Shown piece after piece: positions 1 to 11,059 of a DNA stretch of 64,000 nt. Made by a program: the position numbers and the translations under genes. The stretch comes from Gonapodya sp. JEL0774 (taxonomy: Eukaryota), in contig JADIIX010000086.1 in NCBI GenBank assembly GCA_027604505.1, forward strand, positions 1 through 64,000. The letters run 5' to 3'. The notes beneath the pieces are model-generated. The model saw nothing but the letters and a program-made list of their open reading frames with translations. It made no database searches and was not told the DNA's origin. Each line of letters starts with the position of its first letter. Position 1 is the stretch's first letter.

Positions 1-97
1 GGGTGTTGTGGTATTGACACCTTGCACATGACCACAGCCTACACATGTATATAAGGCACAACTAGCACCACATAATAGGATCACACTTCACATCATC

Positions 98-907
98 TCA
101 CACTCCAGGCCTATCACTAGGCCACCATCCCATCATAGGGCTGAGATCGATACGTAGTGACAGCCCCACTACAGCAGGGACAGGCAGTGTCACTGCACGA
201 GAAGCGGTGAGGAACGTGTTGAAGTGTGTGAAGCACCGTTGGTGGTACTCCCACTCGTTCACTCGCGGCTGGGGGGTTGTCGGGTATTTGTGGTCGAGGT
301 CGAAATGAGCGATGATTCCGAAGGGGGTGTGGTACGGTTGACCCGCGGGATCAAGGAGGGGAATCTCGCCGAGGAGAAGATTGTCGAGATGAAGAAAGAA
401 AACGTCGTTTGGTACGACGAGATCGATGCCGGTGGGAAGGAGCCGGCGCGGAACGATTTGGACGAGGAGGGGGTCGCGGACTGAGTTGCGGCCCTTGTAC
501 TCGAAAGGTTTTCGGAGGTCGACGGGGGTGTAAGGGAGAACTTCCTCGGTCGACCCAGTGATTTGGCGAGTGTGCGTGCGGAGGGGGGAGTTTCCGAGGT
601 CGCAACGTTCGGTGGTGAGGATGACCGAAACGCCAAGGAGAACTTCGCTGTAGGTGACGGGGGTGTTACATTCTCCGCGGTACGCAAGAACCTGTTGGTA
701 GGTTTCGAGCGCGATTATCCAGGAGCGCTGGTATGTTTCGGATGCGGTGGCCCAGAGTGGGAGGACCGTATGAGGATTCACGTGCGCACCGAAGAGAGAG
801 GCGAGGCTGATCGAAGTGCGTATTGCGAGCCCACGATCGCATAAACGCGCCGAGACAGAGAGAATTGAGGACTGGGGATGGCCCAGTGTATCAGTAGGTT
901 GAGCGCG
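98..907 (-). other. Orphan intronless reading frame (~270 codons, no in-frame ATG near its 5' end); possibly a transposon-associated ORF or relic
   Basis: The ORF-track frame 98..781 stays open upstream to a TGA at 908-910. Protein-like composition, no family motif recognised, no introns needed. Flanks are CpG-depleted. Confidence 0.3.
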
Positions 908-2066
908 TCACTGGTTTGGTTACCAGGACTTGACTGGATTGGTTCCCAGCGCACTCTTCCGTTGCCAGATGACCGCCGATACTACGGTCGGGACGTGGGA
1001 GGCGGGTTTCGAGTGGTGATGGGGCGATTTGGGTGGTTTTCGACGTCGAGAAGAAAAACGAAGGCACTGGCCGAAGCAACACGAGGGTCCGGGAAGCGAC
1101 GCGGGGGAGGCGGATCGTGGCAGTAGGGGGCACCAAATGTGGTGGTTCGCGGTGGAACCAGTGGGTTTCTGTCCCGAAACTCAATTGTATGTGTGTCTGA
1201 ACTCTGGTACAATGTCACCAAGCGGTCACAGCTGAGCCGCCGGCACAACTAAGATCACTAGAAAAATCTAAAAACTACTCTATGTGCACCTATATACTAA
1301 TAGATATCATGTCTATCCAAGGAATGGGTACCGCGACCACGGGTGACGCGTGGAGGTGAACGGGGGCGACTGTTGCCGCGCTCATGAGGTCACGTGACTC
1401 CGGCTAAACTCCCGCGTTTAGCCGTCGTCTCACAACAGTCATATTTGAAAAGCAATCTCAAGCCATGAACGCACCCATGTGAAGCTCTTACCGCACGTTT
1501 TTGAAGAAATGCCGCATGGACTTCAATTGTTGCTGCACCCTCTCCAAAACTACAAGCCAATGCCGTGCATTCTTTGAACAGGGCTTGATGACACGGTGTG
1601 ACGAATAAGGGAATGGAGGACACACTAGTGTTGCTACGCAAGCAAGCGATCTGAGAAATCCGCCCTTACAGACAGATTTATGCTCTGTAGCACTCACAAT
1701 GAAGTTACATGAAACCTGTAGCTTAAAACTACAAGTTACGATGGACCTGACAACAGTCATCACTTCTTCACGTCCAGCACAAAATGAAGATGGCGGAGTT
1801 TGATGTGGCCTTCTTGCATTAAAAGCATCCATCCACTTGTGGATGCACCCGCAGCTGAGACATGAGATACCGGGTGCACGTGGTCCTAACAACATCCCCA
1901 CCGCGAATCAAAAAACTAAATATACACGCAATCATTATATGTCGCAAAATCTGTCTCGAACAAACAAAACTATTCTACAGCTCCCACCCTCTTTGCTGTA
2001 AACTTGTTGTACGAAGTTCAAAATACGCGAGTCATTCACCGGCTCGCATTACCATCACCACCCTTA

Positions 2067-3768
2067 TCACTCAACATCGTCCGCATAAACGGGTAGACCA
2101 GTTTTAGAGTCCCACCCCACTTGCTCAAAATGATCGTTCTGGAACAATTCCACCCAGTTCGAGTTCCCGGCACAAATGAGGGACTCCAACCTCTGCGCGC
2201 GTTTGAGGACCGCATTGCGGAATAACCCTGGGCGCATACGTTCTTGTGAGGACGTTAGCGAAGCTAGGATGCGAGAGGCGCTACACGATGTCGATTTATA
2301 GCAGGAATGATGATCAGCATTGTAGTAATGCAGGGTGCATTTATATGAAATTGTATAGCGCAAAAAGCACACGCACCAGGAGCATTCCAAATCCGCAAGC
2401 TCGGCAGGAGCCAAGTTGTTGAGTGGTGGTGGCTGGTCGACACGATCAGGACCGCTTGAGGCGCCAGGTGGAACAGGGAGGTAGCTTGGATGAGAGACCA
2501 TTGTGCGCCACGGTTGTGTTTTTGTTGTGTTATAGCATGCCATCACAGTTTGATTGTGTGGTCTCCGGCTCTTTGCAAAATGGTCCGTCACGTTGATGAC
2601 AAGGTCGCCGAGCGCGAGTGAGATCAGCTCAGAGTTACCATAAAAAGGGTTTTGTCTAGTGGTCCAAGGAGGTAACAACGAAGTGTGAACGAGCAGAAGG
2701 GAGTTATGACAAAATGCGCCCGTGGGCTGGCTGCTCCACGGCTCACACTGGCCAACAATTGATCTCGGTGGTTTGATTGGTGTCGTTGTTTCCCGTATGC
2801 TCCGGGTACCATGTCTGCGGTCTCACACGAGCTCCAACCATGATCGTATCGAGTAAAAAAATCGACGTTGAGTTGATGTGGACATCCACAATGTACTTCA
2901 TGTCTTGCTCTTTGGCGCACTTGGCTCCAAGACGGGTGAAGAAGAGGGCTCGGAGGTCTTGAGCCGTGATGTTGGCGCGAGAGCTCGCCATAGTCGCGGA
3001 ATTCCCAATGTATTGTTGAAGTGTCGTGTCAACATGAGCCCAGTGATCTTCTTGATCCTTGTGCGCCGGGGACATCTTCCCCCGAATGTCAAGGATCTAA
3101 CAGAGTTGAGTCAAGTTGAGAGTGAAAATATGCACAACGAACGGCGAGCATTTTCGATGCACACTTACCACTCCACCGCATGCAGCATCGGCCGCGTCAA
3201 AGAATGCTTCCACTCCGCGGCGACAATCATTTGAGCACTGTCCCATCAACTGAAGGTACCTGCTAGAAAATTAAAGTAGCGTAGAAAAGCAGTATAATCA
3301 GCTCGAACTCCGTTGTTAAAATTGATGTGCGTGAATTTACCGTTCTAGGCCACAACTCCTTTCATCCATTAATTCTGGGAGTGTGATCCACATGAAATCC
3401 GAAATGAGTCTCCTGTTATCGTAGCGAAATGGACTATTCATCTCCCCTTCAATCTCTTTCACGCAAAATGCCGAGTTGTTTCCAGTCAGGACACTTGACG
3501 GAGCCGGTCTTCGACAAGCGGTACGCACGTTGTCCCAGGACTTGGAGTCAGAGAGAAACCCAATACATGCGTGCTCAGGAGTGTGGACGACATGCGGTCC
3601 CACTGCGATTCCCGTATTTGGAGGTTTAGGAAAGAACAGGAGAAATGCCACAACGGCGGTAAGGGCGGCACTGCACAGGATGGAGAGCGAAAGCGAGAGT
3701 TTCAGGACGAAGGAGGATGGCTTGCGACGCGGATCGGCATCGTCGTTGGCGATCCGTGAGTATTCCAT
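2067..3768 (-). CDS. Cys-rich type II (N-terminal anchor) membrane glycoprotein, unknown function, ~5 exons
   Basis: ATG 3768 MEYSRI; TM LSLSLSILCSAALTAVVAFLLFF. GT-AG introns join ORFs 3337..3855, 2743..3075 and 2067..2678 in frame (GLER|RYLQLMGQCSNDCRRGVEAFFDAADAACGGV|ILDIRGK). Several N-x-S/T sites. Confidence 0.6.
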
Positions 3769-3916
3769 TTTGCGGGAGGAGTTTGTGTGTGGTTTGGTGT
3801 GGAACTGCACGTATTCAGACGGACACGTTGCACATCCAAATGATTGCGTGGACACATATTACTGTAAGTATCTTCTCAGCACTCTAAAATGGGGTACAAC
3901 AACAATTGTCGCCTTG

Positions 3917-4560
3917 TCACCGATCGAGTACCACCACCCCCCTTTTTCCCCGTCCTCGTCCTCCAAGCATTTGGTGCAACATTTGTCCAAACTTCTTGAT
4001 GATACTTGCACGCTCAGCTAGCTTGACTTGGTGCACTCCAAGTGACGCCGAGGGATTCTTGAGAAGGCCAAACGTGCGGAAGTGCGGGTCGCACAACTGG
4101 TATGCAGCTTCTGGCGCCCAGATGCCGCTTTCTTCGATTTTGGCCACATGAACCCAGTCCATTATAGCGAGGAGCGTCAAGGACCGAAGCGATGGAAATG
4201 CTGAAACAATTTGTGGGAGTGCATAGAAGACAGGGTCCAGCTGGTCTTCCGCTTTGGACATTCCCGTGACTGTGAGTTCTGTGAGTGAGGTGGTCCTTGT
4301 GCCGACAAGAGAATGGACCATATCGGAGACGTCGTTGCTGCAGCTATCTCGTCCCAGGGTGATGTGTTTGCATGAGGGGAAGCGCCCCGTGTTTGTCACG
4401 AAGGTGCTGTGGTATGCCTTTGATTGCACCATCGCAGGTCACAGATTCAATGTCTGGGAAGGATGTCTGGCCCGGAATGGAACACAGCATTTTTCTTCGG
4501 TGTCAGAAGATCAAAATGGCTTGCTCATGATTGAAGCCTTTGACGGAACTTGTACAGAGC
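3917..4560 (-). pseudogene. 5'-truncated LRR/RNI-like (F-box-associated type) gene relic
   Basis: LRR-like motifs FPSCKHITL, TSLTELTV, FPSLRSLTL. The upstream motif SFPDIESVT lies in another frame with stops nearby; no start or F-box exon found before the repeat tract at ~4580. Confidence 0.4.
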
Positions 4561-4579
4561 CGGAGATTTTCCAGGAAGA

Positions 4580-4740
4580 TCTAACGAGGGTTTGTTAGGA
4601 TCTACCTAAATGACTCTAGCAGCCTCTTCCAAATTCTACCTAAATCTAGACGTTTTGGCGCAAGAGAATCCTAGACTGAAACCCTTAATCGGCGTCTAGG
4701 TTGCATCTAGCTAGACGTTTTGAGCATTCTTCCCCCCGGA
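4580..4740. repeat. Cluster of short CTAG-based direct/inverted repeats; possible DNA-transposon end
   Basis: TCTACCTAAAT x2 (4602, 4636), CTAGACGTTTTG x2 (4646, 4711), CGTCTAG inverted copy (4693); tract ends in CCCCCCGG. Confidence 0.4.
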
Positions 4741-5288
4741 ATATGCTTGTATTTACATTGCGACGTTTAGAATGTTGCGCGAGATGTTATCTTTGGAACT
4801 ATCATATGTATTACGTTTGACTATGTGGGATACATTATACGTAAACCAATAACAACTACACGTGGCACCTTCTCTTTCATTCGCATTTGGACCCCCAAAC
4901 CAAGAACTCACCATTCATGAATTGGGTTGCAACTGATTCACTGGACTCCGCGTGTCCTTGCTGGTCGCGTACTGCGGGTGAAACTTGTAGCGTGATCATG
5001 TGTGGATGACATTAGTTTCCGAAAAGACACACAGCAGAGGCAGTTCAGCAACTCACAATGATTGCATACAATCGATTGATGTCCTTGTGTAACCTGGATC
5101 GTGATAATCTAGATAATTGAACGGGCTGTGATGTGCGAGGTGTGACTCCGAGATTGGGAACATGGCCCCAACATCCTGTGTATTTACAGCCTCTAGCTAT
5201 TACAATACAAATGAATCCACGCTCTCTCCAGTTCCACCCTATTCCACCCTCCCAGTGTCAGACCTGCTTCAGCTGACAGTTCTCAGTT

Positions 5289-5346
5289 AAACACTTGGTC
5301 TCTTTTGAGACTTGATCAAACATTTGATCTCTTTTTAGACTTGAGA
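5289..5346. repeat. Two-copy 29-bp tandem repeat in a CpG-poor intergenic patch
   Basis: aaacacttggtctcttttgagacttgatc followed by aaacatttgatctctttttagacttgaga. Confidence 0.7.
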
Positions 5347-5708
5347 GTTGCCAAACAATCCACCAAGATCTGACTCTCAGTACATACCACTCCTTAATTT
5401 TTGATTGTTGGGTTATGAGTACTGCCCTTAATCCTTATTGTGAAATGGTGTTTATTTGTTGTTGTTTCGCTAGAAATACATGTTATTACATTAATTGTGT
5501 TTCTTTCAAATGGAACATTGCTATTTTGCATCAACCTTCGCTTAGCTCCTTGCAACAACCAAAAAGAGTATTTCCACTTCCGACAGTTCCAATTATCCAA
5601 ATCTTGGCAGAACTGCGCACCCCTTCACCTTTTCAATATTCCGTGATCCGTCTCCCACAATTTAGTGTTGATCGAGGCCTCATCTGTATCTCAGGAACCC
5701 ATCCACAC

Positions 5709-7426
5709 TCAGCGTTTTCCTTTATCCGCAGTATCCCTCCCACTGAGCTGATAGCGCCCAAGTTGAGAAGCCTCCACCAAGGAATTCGTGACATCTCGTT
5801 GATTTTCCTTCGCGATATGTTTGTCCGGGCTTCGTGAACGCGTCCTCGTTCGTCCGGTTTTATCTTTGTGCTTGCCACTAGTCGAGGGACTCCGACGCCG
5901 AGGCCGTTTTTTGGCAGCTCTACCAGATGAACTCCTTGAGCGAGAATGTCTCCGCTCGCCTTGTTTCCGTACAACTCCCCTGCTTTGCGCCGTCGCGTTG
6001 TCATTCTTGTCCGGGCTTCGCAGCTGCGCGAGAAGCTTCTGTAACTTTTCCCTGTCTGACTGAAGTGGAATCCTGGATAGAATATCTTGCAGCTCATTCG
6101 AGTTATCTGGTTCCTGCTGTACCGGTTCACCTCGAGGGCGTACGGGACTCGGGGATCGAGGTCGCGAGGCCGGCGGCTGCACAATAAGTGCGTCGCGGCG
6201 ACTGGGTGGAGCACTGCGGGAACGGCTGCGGCTACGACTGATGCTCCTTGAGGGAGTGCGACTGAAGCTCCGCGAGCGGCTGTGACTGAAACTCCGTGAG
6301 CTCCTCGAGCGGCTCCGACTTCGAGAGGGACTTGGGGTGAAGCTCCGACTGGTCCGAGAGGAGCTACGAGAGCGGCTGCGAGACGGGTTCCATGTCTGCC
6401 GGCGTCCGCGGTCGCGGGAACGACTTCGGGAGCGACTGTGAGCTGAGGGGATGGACGGGAGGTCGTTGCAAGAATGATTGGTTGGGGGTCCCGCTCTCGT
6501 GGCAATGAAGAAAACCCGCTGGAGGGGGTTCAAAAGGTGCAGATTTGATAAAAGAATCCGGTTGTCTTCAGGATCGAACGCCTGCACCCGCTCCACCTGC
6601 GGCGGCGGTGGAGGAGGGGGCAGCAGTTGCGGTACAGCCAGTCCAGCTGGTCCGGGGTCACCTACTCCCGCTGGCGGAGGTCGATTGCGGACGGGGAGGA
6701 AACGGAAGGGGATATAGGTCCAGGCTGGGGGAAATGGGAGGTGCTCAGAGCAAACGTTCAATAAGGACGTGAAAAGGCGCTTCGCCGGATTCGTCCATTG
6801 CCAGTTTGCATTTCCGCTGAAGAAAGCGCTACTGATGTCTTGTTAGTACAGCTCCGGGTCCCAGAGTGCTTCCTCTGTGCAGTCGGTTGGCAGCCGCAAG
6901 CACCTGAATAGGTGTTGCGAGCATGCCGAGATGTCCGGCTAGTACTCTCCTTACCCACAGATGGGCGAGTCCGGACCGGACTACATGCTCACGGTGGTTG
7001 ATCCGCTTCGCAAAGGGTCTCCCGTTCTCTGCTTCCCATTTTTCCAACTCGTATGTGAGCTCATCCAGAATGGCCGGACCTACACCCGTAATCTTTTGTT
7101 GTATCTTTTCGGGAGTTCTGATGGTGTAAGGGTACTGGGCGAGGTCGTTAAGAGCCTGAAAGAAGGAATAATTGAGACGCAGCGGAGAGCGGCAGCAAAA
7201 GAGAGTCAATGCAGTTAAACACGGCGACAACCAAAAGCCATCGTCGCGAGTCTCCGATAAAAGTGCGCGTGGTGTTTGGGACTCTTACGTGTTGTGTACT
7301 GACCTTCTTCAACGTCGCCTTCTTCCCCCGGGACTGGCGACTGTCGTCGAGTCTGTTTAGCATTCTGGTCAGACATTCAAAAATAGCAGGATTCCTGCTT
7401 TTCTTTGGACATTTCTCCCAGCGCAT
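5709..7426 (-). CDS. Protein with a Mus81/Pol-X-type N-terminal helix-hairpin-helix domain, Pro-rich linker and long RS-rich tail (~433 aa; upstream ATG 7570 possible)
   Basis: Exons 7426-7304, 7155-6993 and 6724-5709 join in frame via GT-AG introns: RNPAIFECLTRM...KKATLKK|ALNDLAQYPYTIRTPEKIQQKITGVGPAILDEL, then poly-Pro and SRSRSR tracts. Confidence 0.6.
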
Positions 7427-8006
7427 TGTTGCTCTTGGGTGGAGACGAATGCGCGGTAGAATGTGGGGAATGCCGGGCGCGAATGCGGGGACATGTACGG
7501 TCAACCTGCGACCAAAGCTGATGCCCGGTCCGCCCATGTCTCCCATTTCCCCCACCCGCTCTTGCTCCATGCGAGCAGGAAAGGGGGAAATGGGCAAGTC
7601 TCATTTGCACAGGCAATAAATAGCATGAAGATCCATGACTTTTAACTAGTAGCCGTGTTTCCGATGCACGATACCATACCTATTTTCTCTGGCCGTGCAC
7701 ACCAAAGTTCCTATACATTGTACCCGCTGCGGCAACCGGCCTCCAGTGTTTCTTCCTCTTCCTTCCCGTCCGCTTTGATTGCACCAGAATTCCCATGCAA
7801 CAAGTCCGGGAGCAATAATACTCTCAACCGCTAATACAAGCCGTTCGCCCTCTCATGCGCACACCAATGGCAGCTCTCGTGTTCTTTTGTGTTACATAAG
7901 TGTATAATGGGAATATCGTGTGGCGGCTCACGTTAGGCTCGCCAGGCATTAAATAGTACTAGTGACGATAAACCAGCGTAAAGGAACGCGACGTCTTTCT
8001 GTCTCA

Positions 8007-10248
8007 TTAAATGAACACTACTCCTCCTACTATCTTGCCCACTCCCAATGCTGACGCATCTCCACTGATAGTCTCCCATTCCACCAGCCCCTCCAAAAAT
8101 GGAATCACGAGAACTCGCGTTGCAAAGTAGAATATCAACCCGAGTGCAATGGAAATAGGAAGTGCAGGGAGCGCTTTGCGGAATATTGCGAGGAGGAAAA
8201 TGGTCATAGTGAGACCTGTTACGGCAGAGAGAGCGGTAGTGGTGGTCGTCGGCCAAGTGAAGAGTGCTGATGTGACGATGAGAATGATGTGTGGATAAAG
8301 CGTGATGCGTGATGCGTGCAGAATGTGAAACGGAGGAGCGCACGTAAGATCCCATAAGGATGGGGAAATCGCCTGGGTGAAAAACGACATACCTGCCCTG
8401 GATACCATGACCGAATAGAAAACAAAGTCTCCCAGTCCAAGTTTTAAACCGCTCCTTTCTTCTTCCTCTTCATCCTCTTCGTCCAACGGCGTGCGTTCAC
8501 TTGACCTTGCCGGTCGATCCCGGCTCCCACCGTGGCTATTCACAGCTCCATTTTGACGACCATTTCCCGACACTAGACCCGTCTCGCTCACACTCCCTGG
8601 TCTTTCGACTTCCAAACTACCCACCTGTCCTGCTACTGGTGCTGCACTGCCCAACAGTCCTCCTCGCGACGAAAAGCTCCCTGCATCCCATCCAGTCGCA
8701 CTTCCTCGCTCGTCTTCTTCACCTCCATGACTGGCACGGTGCGCCTCCGAGCCCGTCGACCCTAATCGTGCCACCAAACCTAACGGTATTACAGTCTCGC
8801 CACCATCAGGTGCGTTCCCTGAGCTCGCGGACCGTGTTGCAACAATCTCAGCACCGGGAGAGTCAGGTACGGAGGTTACTGTGGCAGTGGTTTGTGTATC
8901 TACAATTCGAGTCCCGTTGGTATCGACGGCAAGAGAAGGCGACAGTTTGTGGCCCGTTGTTTGCACTGCTGTTGCAGACTCAGGGCCAGGGACGGGCTCA
9001 CTCGCCATCATCCACACCATGGCAGTGTAGAGCAAGCCGGGTATTTCACGGTTCTGATTTCGCGAAGATTCAACGAGGATGCGGAGGGGACCATAAGGAC
9101 TGAGAACGGCGAAGAGGTCTGACAGAGAGGTGACGAGACAAATAAAGAGGAGTGGAACGGGGCAGAGAAATCGTGTTCGAAATATAACAGGAATGAGAAC
9201 TCAGTGTGCTCGGGCGCTTGAAGCGCTTAACAGGCACAACCCACCCCACCCCGCAAGCAACCCCAATAAAATCCAGGTCGTCCATTCGGCCAGCCCCGTG
9301 AAGCTAAATGCCATCAAGCTGCTCATAAGCACCAGATAGCACTGCTGGATCCATAATGGCCCCTTCCAGAAAATGACGAGCACCCCACCGATGGCAAGAT
9401 TGAATACCATGAATACCGTGCTAGGAAGGTCTAGCGCAATATCCAGTTTATAGCATATGCCTGCCAAGAGGTCGTATCCAAACAAGGCGAGTAAACTTGT
9501 GACAACAAGTGCGAAAATGCCAAACAAGATTCTCATGCAGTTGAAGTAGAAGAGGGCGACGATAATGATGGTAGCTACGACTATTTGGGAGAGGATTATA
9601 AGGGCATTGGCAAGGGAGTCGAGGAACTGTTGAGAAGAGGGGGCGTTGGTGTAATCCGTTGATCCACCGACGTACTGATAGGAAGCGGGTGCGTAGCTGC
9701 GGAGAAGAAGAATGTCAGAATAGCTTCTGCGATTTCGTGCTTCGTCGAATTTCCATTTTCGTTCAGTTCGCATTAATCGCTGGGAGGAATTCGATTCCTC
9801 CAGGTTGAATTTCAGACACATAACACAAAACTCACCCTCCATCGTCGCCGCCACCCCGGACGACCTTCACCCAGATGACAGATAAAATGATACAGGCAAA
9901 AACTGGTTTGAGGATAGTGTACATCTGGTTCATGTAGAACTTAAGGTCTTCGGCGAACTCTTCGGGGGTGGGTTCCGGTTCCTGAGCATCGTCATGGCCC
10001 GGTGACGGAGAGCGCCGTGTTTGTGTCGGACTAGTTCCAGGCGCAGAAGGAATTGTTGCGGGAATAGAAACAGTCTGGTTAGGCGTGTCTTGAGTGAGAG
10101 TGTCTGCGGATGAAGCGGTATTCAACGAGCCATTCGGAGGGTTTCTGCTCGAGCGAATGTAGTTCAGAATAGAAGATGGGTAACGATTTGATGGCGATTG
10201 CGATGGGTTAGGAGGGGGCGGGCGAGCAGATGGCGTGGTCTGGGACAT
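8007..10248 (-). CDS. PSEN: Presenilin (GxGD aspartyl intramembrane protease, peptidase A22A)
   Basis: Spliced: EWTTWILLGLLAGW|DLFAVLSPYGPLRILVE (first catalytic Asp), GLKLGLGDFVFYS (second Asp), ALPALPISI (PAL motif), multiple TM helices and a large cytosolic loop. Confidence 0.95.
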
Positions 10249-10344
10249 CGTTCAGGTGAGTTCCCAGTGAGGGAATGAGCAGGTGAAGAATATGAGGCAG
10301 CGAGACCAGCTGTGTATAAAGACTTGATGACGAATTCTCTCTCA

Positions 10345-10760
10345 AATTGATTCTTCCGTGTTCTGGTTGATAATAACTGTGTCGAAGTAGTGAGCAGCAC
10401 ATGGTTCTGCCGTCACTGCTGTCTCGCACATCATAGAATGTGCCATTTTCCCGAGCAAGCAGATGACCACCATGATCGAGTCCCAAACCTTGTCCTGATA
10501 GGTACACTTCGGCAATTTCGTCATAAAGTCCATCTGTATCTGGTCCCATAGCTTTTCAGATGGACCGATTGGCTGTATCAGTCTGTATGGCTTGTGATGT
10601 CCTGCCTTTGTCATCTGGCATGAGACACACGATCTAACGTAGTCCGCGACGTCCTTCTTATCCGTTTCCCAGTGGTACCCGTCGATCTGGACTTTGCTCG
10701 GCAGGCGGCAACTAAGTGAGTCTCACACATGGGAGAAGTATACACATGACATTCTGTTAG
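10345..10760 (-). mobile_element. Degenerate Ty3/Gypsy LTR-retrotransposon integrase fragment
   Basis: YHW...DVADYVRSCVSCQMTK (CxxC of the HHCC finger) followed by HKPYRLIQP...WDQIQMDFMTKLP...DSIMVV...KMAH (start of the rve core). Frameshifted and truncated. Confidence 0.85.
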
Positions 10761-11059
10761 TTCTGCATGCTGAATCTCACTTTCGATTTCGCAATTGGAC
10801 ATTAGCTACCATCAATATTAAGGTCAGTCTAGATACGCTACCTGTCAGTACAGACCATCACATCTGCTCTGACTTTGGCCTTTGTTGAGACTCATCTCTT
10901 ACTATCGTTCAATGGTATGAATTTCTATTCATTACACCACAGCATGTACTGTCTGACTCCACTCTCTTTGACCTCTCTGCCGTTCCCCTGAACCGGTAAG
11001 GCAAAGCCATCAGTCGATCGGCAATGGGTTCACAAAACACTTATGAAGACCTCACCTGA

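Noticed and set aside
1390..1901. Short minus-strand ORFs as a gene or transposase
   Set aside because: No recognisable motif or consistent splice model.
6725..6992. Mus81 winged-helix-like peptide (VVRSG..VLAAANRLH..LTRHQ*..VLIERLL)
   Set aside because: Contains stops and lies inside the simplest predicted intron; the resemblance is weak, though an HMM test would be cheap.
7640..7675. Helitron 3' end (CGTG..CACG hairpin plus CTAG-T on the minus strand)
   Set aside because: Stem is only 4-5 bp, and no matching 5' end or Rep/helicase sequence is present.
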